53,219 nt of DNA. Source: Octopus bimaculoides. Lineage: Eukaryota. Shown here one piece after another: positions 1 to 13,521 of this stretch. The position numbers and the translations under genes were made by a program. The notes under the pieces are model-generated. The model made no database searches and was not told where the DNA came from. It worked only from the letters and a program-made list of their open reading frames with translations. Every line of letters begins with the position of its first letter. The first letter of the stretch is position 1. The stretch is taken from NCBI RefSeq assembly GCF_001194135.2, contig NC_068993.1:5468902-5522120 (forward strand). The letters are read 5' to 3'.

Positions 1-535
1 ATATATATATATATATATATATAAAGGTATGTGTAAGTATGTGTGTATGTGTATATGTAGGTATGGTATGTACATATATATATATCTATATATATATTTA
101 TATATATGTATGTGTCGTGAGCTTCCATTTAGTTTCCTTTTACTAAATTCCACTCTTAAGGCATTGGCAGCACATACTTGTCCTTGGTGCTGAGTAGTGA
201 GATGAAACTGAAAACTCCCAGTTTACAAATCAAAACTTCTTAACCATGAAGCAATGCCTGGTTTTCAAATAACTATTGTTGCTAGATGTCATTACTTAGT
301 TATCTTTATCTATTGGCCCCAGCTGAAGCTATGTTAAGATGAGTTTGAGTATTTATTTTCATAATTTTGTATCTGAATTGTGATGATTAAAAAAGTGTAA
401 ATTTCACCACAATCACATCTGTTACATCGGCCCACGGCCTTGCCAATTCCTGTCAAGCCATCTAAGCCATGCCAGCATGGAAAACAGACGTTAAATGATG
501 ATGATAATGGTGGTGGTGGTGATGATGATGATGAT

Positions 536-750
536 GATATATACATAAATATATATATACATATATGTATATATATGTATATATATGTATATATATGTAT
601 ATATATGCATATATATTTATATATACATATATATATATACATATATACATATATATGTATATATATACATATATATATATACACATACATATATATATGC
701 ATATACATACATATATATATATATGTATATATATGTGTGTGAGTGTTTGT

Positions 751-820
<70 letters not shown>
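536..820. repeat. Compound (TA)n/(TACA)n microsatellite; representative of dozens in the window
   Basis: Read directly; source of the spurious YIYI ORFs. Confidence 0.95.
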
Positions 821-821
<1 letters not shown>

Positions 822-972
822 TGCAGAGTTTGTGAAGCCACTGCCAGTGAGAAACTTCAGTCACAGCCATTTTGAATTCAGTCTGAATAAAACGTGTGTG
901 CATGAATGTCTGTGAAGATATATGCATATATATATATATATTTGTTTATGCAAGTATATAATAGATATATGT

Positions 973-1056
973 ACAAATATATAAACTCACATGCATATAT
1001 ACAAATATATAAACTCACATGCATATATACAAATATATAAACTCACATGCATATAT
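973..1056. repeat. Perfect 28-bp tandem repeat x3
   Basis: ACAAATATATAAACTCACATGCATATAT at 973, 1001 and 1029. Confidence 0.95.
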
Positions 1057-2053
1057 ATATATGCACGCACACACACATGTGCTCATGCTCATACGCACAC
1101 TTTAGTAATGAACTAGAAGACTAATTATTCAACACCAGAAATGTTGATGAAAGATTCCTTTAAATAGAATTTCTGATTTCTGTTGCTTGTCTGATACCTG
1201 AGGTTTCTAGCTGACAAAGATGAGCATTTCATTTTCAATGAGATTTCAAAGAATATGAATCATATACTTTTCAGCTAAATTGATGGAATTCTGGTTGAAG
1301 ACATACTAATCTTTCTCTCAGCAAGAAACCTTTGGAACGAGAGAAATAACAAAAATTCTTCTATATATGTGTGGTTGGCGTTAGGAAGGGCATCCAGCTG
1401 TAGAAACTCTGCCANNNNNNNNNNATATATGCATAGAAAGATAGGTAGATAATTTATTAATTCTTTACCTCCCTTTGATAAACGAATATTTTTTTTTAAT
1501 TAATATGTACTCAGGACTTGATAACTCTTCATAAATTAAGGTCAAATATATACATATGCAAATATCTCCTTCAGTTATTTACTTTTGTTTGTGTGATGAA
1601 GCCATAGACATGCTGGAGCAATGTTTTTTTTTTTCTTCTTCAAGTATATCCAATTTGTATATAGATATATATGAAATACTGTCTAACCTTCGTATTTATA
1701 CTTACATAAAACTAAATACAGATTAATTAAAAATTTCCAAGGTTCCTGGTCAAAATCAATTTGGTTATATAACATATTTCTAACAATTTTAGTTTTCATA
1801 TAAAATTTCCTGTTATCTTCCCCATATACAGTTCATATAGGTTTTCAGACTTCTGAGGATTTATTACAAAATTTATTGAAATTTTATTTTTATTCATGTA
1901 ATCTGAAATAATCTTTACTGTTATCTATCTCCTACAGATTAATGTCAAAATATTGTACTATAATTTCGCACAACACTTTAAAAAAAATTAACTGGGCTAT
2001 ACATACAAACATATATATATGCACATATACATACATCCACACATACATACTTT

Positions 2054-2131
<78 letters not shown>

Positions 2132-2340
2132 CAAGATGCAAAGCTAACACATTTACATATCCACATTCACACATATATATATATATACAAATATGTATAA
2201 ATATAAATATATACTTTCATGTCTATATATACATACATGTATTTGTATAAACATATACATATACATATATGTATATATATCTGTGTATATATAATGTATG
2301 CATGTGCATATATATATATGCTTATATAAATGTTTGTGTG

Positions 2341-2378
<38 letters not shown>

Positions 2379-3316
2379 TACATCTATATATACATGTATG
2401 TATATATACACACACACATTCATACATAAGCATACATACACAAACATATACACACAACTTCATGTTTTTAAGCTTATTAGAAAAATAAAAAAATTAATAT
2501 ATTTAGCAACTTGTTTGCTGTTTTAGAATTTTTCATATTAGGAACATATTTTCTTAATTTGTTTAATATTTTATTTATATATATATTATTATTGTTGTTT
2601 ATTTTTTTGTTTCAACATTTCTGAATGAGGAAAGTAGTTGTTTACATCACTTTAATATTTAATTGCGGCTTTCACTCATCAATTTTAATTAATTCTTATC
2701 TAACCAATGTGAAATAATTATTAGCATATAATAAATTATATTATATAATTACTTCCAAATATAGGGAGAAGCTGAAATAAAGAAAAAGTAATAAAAAAAG
2801 AATGTAAGAGAATCTGTGGAAGTGTGAGTTATAGAAACTGAATTAAAAGGTATTAGTCTGCAAGTATATATGAAGTTCATAAGTTACAAATGATGGGGAC
2901 GATGAAGATAATATACATTAATTAAAATTTCATTGTAATGCTAGTAATTAGAAAATCTGTGGCTTTTAATAAGTAGATAATTAGGCAATGAAAATATAAT
3001 ATCTATCATAGAGTAAATTGTAATGTATCTAATGCTTCTGTGTTTTAATAGAGATGCTATGGATATATACATGTGAATATATTACATATTGTGTTATATG
3101 TTATCAATGGGGTTCATGTACAGATGAAGAAATGTTCACACTGATGTTTACGCATACTATAGCTTTGACTGGAATGATACCTTCTGACTGTGGTTTCAAT
3201 GATCATTCAGGTGTATATATGTATATGCATTATATATATTGTGTATATGTGTCAACATAGTGTGTATGCTTCACACACATACATATATATATATATATAT
3301 GGTTTATATATATATA

Positions 3317-3378
<62 letters not shown>

Positions 3379-5725
3379 TACATACATGCATACATGGATG
3401 GAGTGATCATTCAGTGTAAAGTTTGGATGTTTTCATATATAACTAGATATAAAGATAAATATTAATATGTGTGCATGTGCATGCATGTGTTCAAGTGTGT
3501 GTGTGTGTGTGTGTGTGTGAATATGTTTATATGCATTTTTTACTTGTTGATTGTTTTTTATGTAAAAGGATTAAGTCACACAGTCATCACTTGAAGATTA
3601 ATGTGTAGAATTAAATAAACATGGAGCATTTTTTTATTTCGATAACTCTACCTTGAATTCACCTTGATATCAAACTGATCATCGTGGATCTAATTAAATA
3701 ACCATTAGGATTAGTCATTTGTTTAATAGCTCAAGAAACCAACAGCAACCAAATACAGCGTGCATATGTTGTGGTCCCAACCCATCATTTGTGCATATAT
3801 GGACAAATTTAAAAGTCTCACAGATAAGTTTTAACCTGGCTCTCACACCATTTAGCAGTCAGAGAGAACATGAAACAATTGTAAGAGGGATATAAATAAT
3901 GAGTTCTTCTTTGATTAAGCTAACAGCAAGGGCCATGAGAGAAATTTTAACAAAGTAAGTCTGCACTTGGATCACAAGGGATTTCCTCTCAAAATTTAAG
4001 GGGCTTTCAGTTCTGTGTTTTGTTGTCTGTTGTGAAGCTGGGGGCCCATTGGATATTCATACAGGACCCTCTTTGGCTGTACAGTCTCCAGATCAATGTA
4101 CTGCCTCTATTCATTTCTTATACGTCCTGTTTTATGGGTATTGGTAACAGAGAAGTAATATGTTGTGACATTCATTCATGACCTACACCTAGGTATTTCT
4201 CACTGAGTTATGAACTCCCAGGTTTGTAGGTAATGTGCAAATGAGGAAACAAGAAAGAGAGAAAGAAATAAAAAAAGCAGGAATTTAGAATGAATAAATA
4301 AAACAATAAAAATGAAAGCATTGTAAGGATGGTAAGAATGGTTCCATGTGCAACAGAAGCAAACATGTCAAACCTGGTAAATATGAAGAAATGCATGCAC
4401 ATACACATGTATATACATATAAACATACATGCATGAATAAATACATGTATAAACTTGTGATAACCATCTCATATGAAACATCAGAGGATCATTGTATAAA
4501 AGGATACTCTTAATTCAGAAGAAATTTTATTTTGAAGTTTTCCCTTTTCTAAGGGTTTACTGTATGCCCCTTCACAAATCTCTGCCCTTCATGTACGTAC
4601 ATTATGATACATCAAACAAAGAACAACTCCTTGACATTAATAAATGGCAACAATAGGAATAATATAATAGCAACAAGAAAACTATAATGACATTCTTTAA
4701 TATATATAAAGACAACTTAACTTATCCTTAGGTACATATATATATATGAACTTGATGCATATATATTAATTTTCATCATAAAACTTCACTGAAAATGTCA
4801 CCAAATCTATTGTAACAATTACGCATCGTTTAGTTAAAATATGTCGTGTGCTTATGTGAATATGAAAGATATAATGAAAGACCTGTTTCAAGCATTTGTG
4901 TGTGAATGCTTTTGCTAAGGTTCTGTAGCCTTTTGTCTTGTGAAATTTCAAACCTATGGTAGATTGGTGCATAGACAATGTTAGGTTAACACTGAAATCT
5001 AGTGACTTTAAAAAAAAGAAAACCTCTTGAGGATAAACGACTTTAAACTAATTTAAATATAAAAGAAAGTATCTAAGATTAACCTAAACCTAATATTTAA
5101 CCAGCTGTATAATATATAAACCCTTGGAATCTATGAGTGTTTTATATGTTAAGGAACATTCAAATTTAACAATAATTTGATTTACCAAAATGATATTTTT
5201 TTTATTTTTATATATTTTCTTTTGTAAACTATCTAAAATTATTCATGTAATTTGCTCTTCGGAAATCAAAAAACGTAAGGCACCGTAGAAACTAGTTATA
5301 ATTTAATTTTCAGTTGTTGTAGTTTTAAATTCTAGCAAAGTTTTCATAAATAGAGAAACTACCAGAAAATTTTTAAAACTTATATTTAAATTAACAAGTG
5401 AGAGGAAAAGGAAAATTAATGAGCTTCCATACATTTGAGAGATATTAGAAAACTGGGAAGAATTATTTTGAAGCTAACGAGCTTTAAAATATGTTTCTTT
5501 ACAGTGAGCCAGTTAACTTGATTGCTTGTGGTGGTAGGGAATCAAAAGACAGCCATCCAGAAATTGAGGTTCTATATAACTGAAGTGTATGGATGCCAAT
5601 GGCAGTATATGGTGGAGACAGTCAAGCTTTGAAGAGATTGATTCTTTAAAATTATCAAAAAACATCCAAACTTCTTTGTATTTGATCTTTAATTCTCATA
5701 CACTCATACATACATTTCATCATTC

Positions 5726-5799
<74 letters not shown>

Positions 5800-6082
5800 G
5801 ATAAAGTTACAATGTTATTTTATAAATTCAAACTCTTGAAAACTTGAAATTATCTGATAAGGAAGGCTGTGGATTGCGTATTAATAAATTCAGCTGTGTT
5901 GAGATAAGTTCCATCAAAGCTTGATGCTAACTGTATAGAGTCCATTAATTTTCTCAAAATCCATCACATTGTTTGATTTAAAAATTATGGGAAAATCTTG
6001 AAATTTTTTTTTTCCACAGAATTTCAGAAATTTTTTGAAGTACTTTTGAATAAGTAGATATGAAGTTTATTTGACATTACAG

Positions 6083-6121
<39 letters not shown>

Positions 6122-8781
6122 AGAAAAGGAGAAATAGTTCCAACACTAAAACTGATTCCAGCATCTTCTTTTCATGTTGCAGCCAAGTTTTGCCAAAGTA
6201 AATACAACTTTAGAATTATTTCTACAATTCAATGTGAAGTGGTGGCATGGAAAAAGTACCGTACTCCTTCTGGTCTCTCTATTCTTCAAAAACACTTCAT
6301 ACATAATTAGAAAAATAACAGCAATTGTTTTAGAAAAATAATTAGAAAAAATAATGTACCATAATAATATTAATTACTCTGGAGAATTTAGTTTCATTTT
6401 TTTTTCTAGTTCCAAAGCTTTCTACACTTCTGAGATTTCATGGATATATACAAGGCATTAATATTCAGTATTTACCTTTTTCTCCATCAGGAGTTGATAA
6501 GTACCAGATATATACTGAGGGATCATTTCAGTTAGCTATATTTCCTCATAAATTCTCATGTCAATGTAAGAAATTATGATTATTGATATTATTTCTCATA
6601 TTCCAAACCAGAGTTTTTTAATAATTTCCATGAATGGTATCTACAAGAGTGACATAAAAGCCTCCCATATTTTACAGGGCCAGTCGTGTGGCACTAATAA
6701 AGTTAGACAGGTGATAATGATGCTTACCTGTAGTTAATCTATCGTTTTTGTCAAGAATTTGTATACTATGGATTTGCTGCGAAAGTATTTGCCAACCTTT
6801 GTAATGTGGGATTTTTTTTTTTTTGTCACACTCTGTACAATTTTACTTTCAATGGAATTGTTTCAGCTAATACAGCCACTGGAATAATGAAAGAACAACT
6901 GCATAAATGTTGTGCCCCTATTTATCACATTACTTCATTAATTAAGAAATTTTTATTAAGAAATTGTTATCCTTGTTGCTATTAGTGTCCACGTAGCCTC
7001 TTTGATGATGGAAACAAAATAGTTTATCAGAAGTTGTGTGGAAGATTTGGTGCTATAACAGCAACCATTTTAGCAATTTTTGTTACATAGGTGATATAAA
7101 TCTTAGCCTGTGCCCCCCTGTGCCACAGCATTCATGTATAGTAACCAAAACATTAGATATAGAAATTGCAGTATATACAGAGTTAATACAAAGTAACTTC
7201 AACAATAATTAGTGAAATTACTTACAGCAAAGTTCATAAAATGCTTTTAAAAATGATTTAATACAGAGGGCAAAATACTTGTCCAACTAAAAATTATTTC
7301 GTTAAAATTAATGAACTTTTAGCTGTACAGAGCCAAATTATTTTTTAAATAATTAGAATCATATTCGATACGGTCTGATAAAAAATCTTCATGTGAAAAA
7401 TAGAAAAAAAAGACACACTTTCTCTTTAAGTGAAAAAATTTTTCTCCTGAAAGTATATGAATCAGTGAGTGAGCACAATTCATAGATTTTGATCCCCAAA
7501 ATTACAAATTATCAAAAACAAAGAAGAAAGAAAGAAAAAGAAAGAAAATCTGGCAGATCAGTCATAAAATTGAAATAAAAACAGATTTTATAAAGTATGA
7601 AAGTGAGATATTAAGATATATTCATATTCAGATTTGGTGATATTTTTTTACACCTAGTCACATGACCACGTAGATAAATATGATAAAGAATTTAGTTGTT
7701 TTTTTTTTTAAATTCAACTTCCACAAAATAACATACATACATTCACAAATATAGATCAGTAGCGTCACCAATATTCACAGTTTTCTTTTTGTCTATTTAT
7801 GAAATCTTCTCCTGTTGTATTCTTTAAAATTATGTTATATTATTACATTTATCGATTTTTTTATTGTTTATTTTTTTTTTTACTAATTACTTTTCTTAGT
7901 TATTGTTCTTTATTAATTTTTTTCATTTTGTTTTTCAAGATAAAAATGCTAAAATGGCTTCAAACGTTCTGTACTAAAATTCCTTACAATGTAAACTCTA
8001 TCTTCCCCCTCTCCTATCCCCCTTTCTCTATCTCTCTTTCCATTTCCTTCTCCATCTCTTTCTCTCTCTCTCTCTCTTCCCCTTCTCTCAATCTCTCATT
8101 TCTACTAATTGATATATCATGGGTCATTCAAATGTAAGAAAAGAAAAACATTAAACAACAACAAAAGAAATTTAAAATAAATATAAAAGAAAAATTAAAC
8201 CAATAAATAAAATAAAAATAAAACTTTAAAAAACTTATGTTCTTGACTTAAAACATTACAACTATCCTAAAGTTTTAATTGCTGAGAAAAGTATGNNNNN
8301 NNNNNNNNNNNNNNNNNNNNNNNNNNNNNNNNNNNNNNNNNNNNNNNNNNNNNNNNNNNNNNNNNNNNNNNNNNNNNNNNNNNNNNNNNNNNNNNNNNNN
8401 NNNNNNNNNNNNNNNNNNNNNNNNNNNNNNNNNNNNNNNNNNNNNNNNNNNNNNNNNNNNNNNNNNNNNNNNNNNNNNNNNNNNNNNNNNNNNNNNNNNN
8501 NNNNNNNNNNNNNNNNNNNNNNNNNNNNNNNNNNNNNNNNNNNNNNNNNNNNNNNNNNNNNNNNNNNNNNNNNNNNNNNNNNNNNNNNNNNNNNNNNNNN
8601 NNNNNNNNNNNNNNNNNNNNNNNNNNNNNNNNNNNNNNNNNNNNNNNNNNNNNNNNNNNNNNNNNNNNNNNNNNNNNNNNNNNNNNNNNNNNNNNNNNNN
8701 NNNNNNNNNNNNNNNNNNNNNNNNNNNNNNNNNNNNNNNNNNNNNNNNNNNNNNNNNNNNNNNNNNNNNNNNNNNNNNNNN

Positions 8782-8812
<31 letters not shown>

Positions 8813-9952
8813 CATACATATATATATATGTATATATATGTATATGCATATATATGTATATATATATATGAATATATGTATGTATATATATATATGTATA
8901 TATACACATATATATGTATGTATGTATGCATGTATGTATATATATATGATTGAAAGTTTGATTGCAAGTTCAGTCACTTTTTCAAATTGTTCTCAATTGT
9001 TATTGCTATCAAATGTACATATTTGGCTGATTTTAAAGCAAAGAAATAAAATTAAAATGTAATTATTTGTATATCGTCTTATGTTTTTATTTATCTTAAT
9101 TTCTTGTTTGTTTGCTTCTGAAAATTTGCTTGAGAAAAACATTGACAAATTGTTGTTACTGTCGTTGTTATTGTTGTATAGCTCTTCGTGGCCATTGAGG
9201 AGCACGACCTTGATGTGTAAATAGACAACTGAATACTCAGCAATGACTTAGAAATCCCTTTTCTAAATAAATAGCTATTAGATATGAGATGTGTGCTGCA
9301 TTAAACCAGACGAAATATCATTCACCCAGGATTTGAAGAATGATTCAGTTATTGCCACCGCATATTACTTTCAAGAAGAATTATAGCCTGGCACTGATCT
9401 GATCATGCCGTTGAAAAGTTTGCTTACTAACAACGTGGTTTCAGGTACAATATCACATTAGGCAATTGTTTTCTACTATAGTCTTGGGCAAAACAAAGCC
9501 TTGGATTTTTCCAAACTTTTGTCAATGAAACAAACCTAAAATTCGTCGTTTGCAACATCGGAAATGATGAATAGAAGAACATAAACATCGAGAACGCATA
9601 TTTTTCAGACAGGAATTCACAAACTCATTTTCTGCTCACAAATATCAGCCGGTTCTTGGCTAATATTCGTGAACCATAATTTGAATATTTTCACGGCAAA
9701 AACCAGTTCAGAAATTCTCTCTTTCTTCTACTGGTTTCCCCACTTTGAAGTAATGCGTGCCCTGTATCAACGATATAGAGCAGTCTGAAGTCGTAAAGAG
9801 TAGCTGCATCGATGTTGCTCCTTTCAAAATCCATTGGAATGAATGCAACGTGTTCCTCCGTCGCTGATCCTCACCTTTCGCTAGCAACGTCCTAAAATTC
9901 TACCGAATCAAATTAAGACACGAGTGAATTCGTTTTCGCTGCCGTTTGGAGC

Positions 9953-9988
<36 letters not shown>

Positions 9989-10832
9989 NNNNNNNNNNNN
10001 NNNNNNNNNNNNNNNNNNNNNNNNNNNNNNNNNNNNNNNNNNNNNNNNNNNNNNNNNNNNNNNNNNNNNNNNNNNNNNNNNNNNNNNNNNNNNNNNNNNN
10101 NNNNNNNNNNNNNNNNNNNNNNNNNNNNNNNNNNNNNNNNNNNNNNNNNNNNNNNNNNNNNNNNNNNNNNNNNNNNNNNNNNNNNNNNNNNNNNNNNNNN
10201 NNNNNNNNNNNNNNNNNNNNNNNNNNNNNNNNNNNNNNNNACACACACACATCTGATTGATCCTAGCAATTTGTAACAAAACAGAATCAGTGTTTCGGAG
10301 TTTGTTTTCTTTTGCGTTTATTGTGTTCTGACAACATGAACGAAAGCTACAATTCCGGCCTCCTCAGGTGACAAGAGCTGCAATATCTGACCACGTTGTT
10401 GAACGGTGACAAAGACCAAGAAACAATGGTTTTTTAACGTAAGTACAAGTCCTGAAATTTCGGGAAATAGAAACTGTAAATCGTATCGACTGCTACATCT
10501 GGTGAAATAAAAAAACAAAGTTGACCTCGGTGAAAATTAAATTCAGAACGCAAAAGCCTACCATCCTTACAAGAAGTGCAAAAAATCGTGTTAACTGGAA
10601 CGACTCATATACTGAGAAGAGCATTATCGCTGTGAAAACAACATGCATTCATGAATNNNNNNNNNNTTTTTTTTTTTTTTTTTTAAATACATATTTTACC
10701 TGTGAATTTGCGTGTGTAAACTGGGAATGCATACAATGAGCTTCTCTGCCCTAGGTGTACGGAAAACACTCGGCGAGAAATGGAAGAAATTTTGAAGAAA
10801 GAAGAAAAAAAACAACATAATAATAATAATAA

Positions 10833-11161
10833 CAAAGACCTGGAAATAGAGATAACTCGAATGTGGAATCTAAAAACAGAAACAATTCCTATCATAGTAG
10901 GTGCCTTAGGTATAATTAAAAAATATTCAGACAAATACATAACAAAAATACCAGGACTTACAAATATATATAACATACAGAAAATTGCACTACTGGGTAC
11001 TGCACACATTCTACGCAAAACACTTTCAATACAGTAAACATAAGAGCACCACAGCAAACCACAGCACATACCCAAGGCGCACAGGGCTGCGCTCGGTAGT
11101 GAAGTGAAAGCACGTTATAAAAATAAAACTACTGAATAATAATAATAATAATAATAATAAT
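10833..11161 (+). mobile_element. 5'-truncated R4/Dong-like non-LTR retrotransposon 3' end with (AAT)n tail
   Basis: KDLEIEITRMWNLKTETIPIIVGALG...IQKIALLGTAHILRKTL matches the C-terminus of REL-endonuclease LINEs; short 3' UTR, then (AAT)n. Confidence 0.75.
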
Positions 11162-11164
11162 GCT

Positions 11165-11457
11165 GGTGGCTTTCTCGTCGAAGACGACGTATGCGTGTCC
11201 AGCTTTTACCGAACGACCTGCAGAGATGATTTGCTTGTAGGGATCAAATGTTCTTGCCGTACATTAATTAGCTCCTTCCCTCCATCAAATCGACGTTACC
11301 TGAACAGGTGAACGGTGTACCACGTGTCAGGTGTCAAAGTGATCGCAGAGCAACGTGAGAGGAAATGTTCTGCTCAAGGACAGAACTCACCACCCGGTCT
11401 AGGAACTCAAACCACGAACTAGCGATCGTGAGTGCAACACCATAACCACTGGGCCAT
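11165..11457 (-). mobile_element. tRNA-derived SINE
   Basis: Reverse complement begins ATGGCCCAGTGGTTATGGTGTTG (A box), then GGTTTGAGTTCC (B box) and a CCTTGAGCA central motif. Confidence 0.65.
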
Positions 11458-11769
11458 GGTTGCAAACTTTGACACAAGGCCAGAAGATTGGGTGAGGCAG
11501 CTCAAGTGCCTTCTATTATTGTCTCGGACCTTCTGAATGGATTTGGTAGATGGAAAGTAAAAGAAGCCCGTTACATATATATATACATATATATATATAC
11601 ATATATACATATATGTATGTATGTATATATATATATATATATATGTACATATATGTATGTGTGCGCGCGTGTGTGTGTGCGTGTGTATATATATATATAT
11701 ATCTATATATATATATAACACAGATGGGTTATGTACCTTTATTCCATTTGATCCTGAAAATTATATATG

Positions 11770-11823
<54 letters not shown>

Positions 11824-11951
11824 NNNNNNNNNNNNNNNNNNNNNNNNNNNNNNNNNNNNNNNNNNNNNNNNNNNNNNNNNNNNNNNNNNNNNNNNNNNNN
11901 NNNNNNNNNNNNNNNNNNNNNNNNNNNNNNNNNNNNNNNNNNNNNNNNNNN

Positions 11952-12000
<49 letters not shown>

Positions 12001-12225
12001 TGAAGACAGAGAGGGAGAGAGAGAAAGATGTATTTCATAACGCTGAAATTTTAAAGCGAATCAAAAATCTGAATAAACTAAGGGAAACGACTCTTAAATG
12101 ATACATGTATGAGTTATTTCCCGTCGATATGATCATCGAGCGGGACTAATTACCTGGAAGCTGGAGAAAGTATGTATATATCTGTCTGTCTGTCTGTATG
12201 TATGTATGTATGCATGTGTCGAGAT

Positions 12226-12905
12226 AAGAAAAGCTGCAACAGCTTTTGGTAGACTCACCAAAAGAGCATGAAATAGCAGGATGCTCACAGTGAAAACCAA
12301 AATCAGGATCTATGGAGCATGCATACTGAGCACCGTTCTCTAGTGATCGGAGACCTGGACACGATATACGGGACAAAGGAGAGGAAAACTCAGTGACTTT
12401 CATCTGAGATGCTTGCGCAAGATCCTTGGCATTACTTGGTAAGACAAAGTAGCCAACACAGAGGTCTTGAAACAGGCAGCACTTCCGAGCGTTACAACTA
12501 TTCTGTGCAAAAGGAAACGAAGACATCTAGGATATGTGAAGCAGATTGATGACAGCAGAATTTGTAAACAGCTGTTATATGTCGAGTTGGTTCAAGCTAG
12601 CAGACCCAGATGGCGACTAAAGCTGATATTTAAGGGCACATGTAAGAGTATCCAGACCAAGTGTCACATTGATACAGATTTAGGGGATGTCAGCTGAGGA
12701 CAGAGCAGCATGGAAAACCTCGGGAGTCAACAAAGGAGTCAAACAGCTTGAAGAAGAAAACATCCTGGTCCTCGAAACAAAACGCCAAAGAAAGAAAGAC
12801 AACCCGGCGTTGCCCTGCAGCACCTTCCTTGCTTACAGATTTTGCAGCAAAACTTGTTCATCAGACATTGGAAGGATCAGCCATGAGAGGAGTTGCAGGA
12901 AGAGT
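12226..12905 (+). mobile_element. Degenerate RTE-clade LINE fragment (RT C-terminal region)
   Basis: AATAFGRLTKR..VKTKIRIYGACILSTVL..SETWT..FHLRCLRKILGITW.DKVANTEVL..LGYVKQIDDSRICKQLLY, ending in a CxxC..H..C motif; multiple stops. Confidence 0.8.
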
Positions 12906-13307
12906 AAAAATAACAGAAAAATGCTTGTGAAAAGATATCAACTGAAATAGAAATATCAGAAGGTAATATCTATCAACCACTAAAAGTAAATGTTGCGTTA
13001 CAACACAGAATATTGCATTATTTACTGTAAGAGAGCCTCTTGGATGGACTTGTGGTACATAGAATCACTCATGATATCCTGTAGTAGCCTTAGAAAACTG
13101 ATTTATCAGCTTTGAAATTTAAGGGAAATCAGTCAGTTTTTATTTTCAAACTTATTTATTGTAAAATATCAACATTGACAATTTAGAAAAATAAATAAAT
13201 AAAACTAAAATTCCACAATATATTCGAAGAAATAATGGTTTCCTGTTGTTGTTTTTTTTTTTGTTGTTTTTTGTTCAATGCATTTTTTTTTTAATTTTAA
13301 AACTACA

Positions 13308-13521
13308 TCAGGTTTTCCAGTTATTCAAATCTTCAAATGTTTGCGGTAAGTTTTTATCCTTTGGTTCTGGCAGAAGCAGCAACAACGAGCCAGATATAAC
13401 TGAAAGAATGCCGTAGAAACTCAAAGGAAACCATTTGGCATAGGATGAGAGTTGAAGAATGAAGGGTGCAAATATGCTGCCGAAACGGGCAGCCATTGAA
13501 GCTACCCCCAAAGCATTCGTT
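13308..13521 (-). CDS. SLC22 copy A terminal exon 9
   Basis: 214 nt; [20 protein letters not shown]...[24 protein letters not shown]; tttttcag acceptor. Confidence 0.95.

Noticed and set aside
334-3465. Long [12 protein letters not shown] ORFs here and throughout the window
   Set aside because: Translations of TA/CA microsatellites, which lack stops in some frames; no coding signal.
3730-7130. Several exon-like stretches, e.g. 3732-3882 (+), 6476-6515 (-), 6678-6710 (+) and 7089-7133 (+)
   Set aside because: Plausible splice signals and short open frames, but no recognisable protein and no consistent chain. BLASTX or RNA-seq would be needed.
8262-10279. ORFs containing X runs (also near 11.8, 13.6, 19.0, 25.7, 29.3 and 44.3 kb)
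   Set aside because: Open only because they cross assembly N-gaps.
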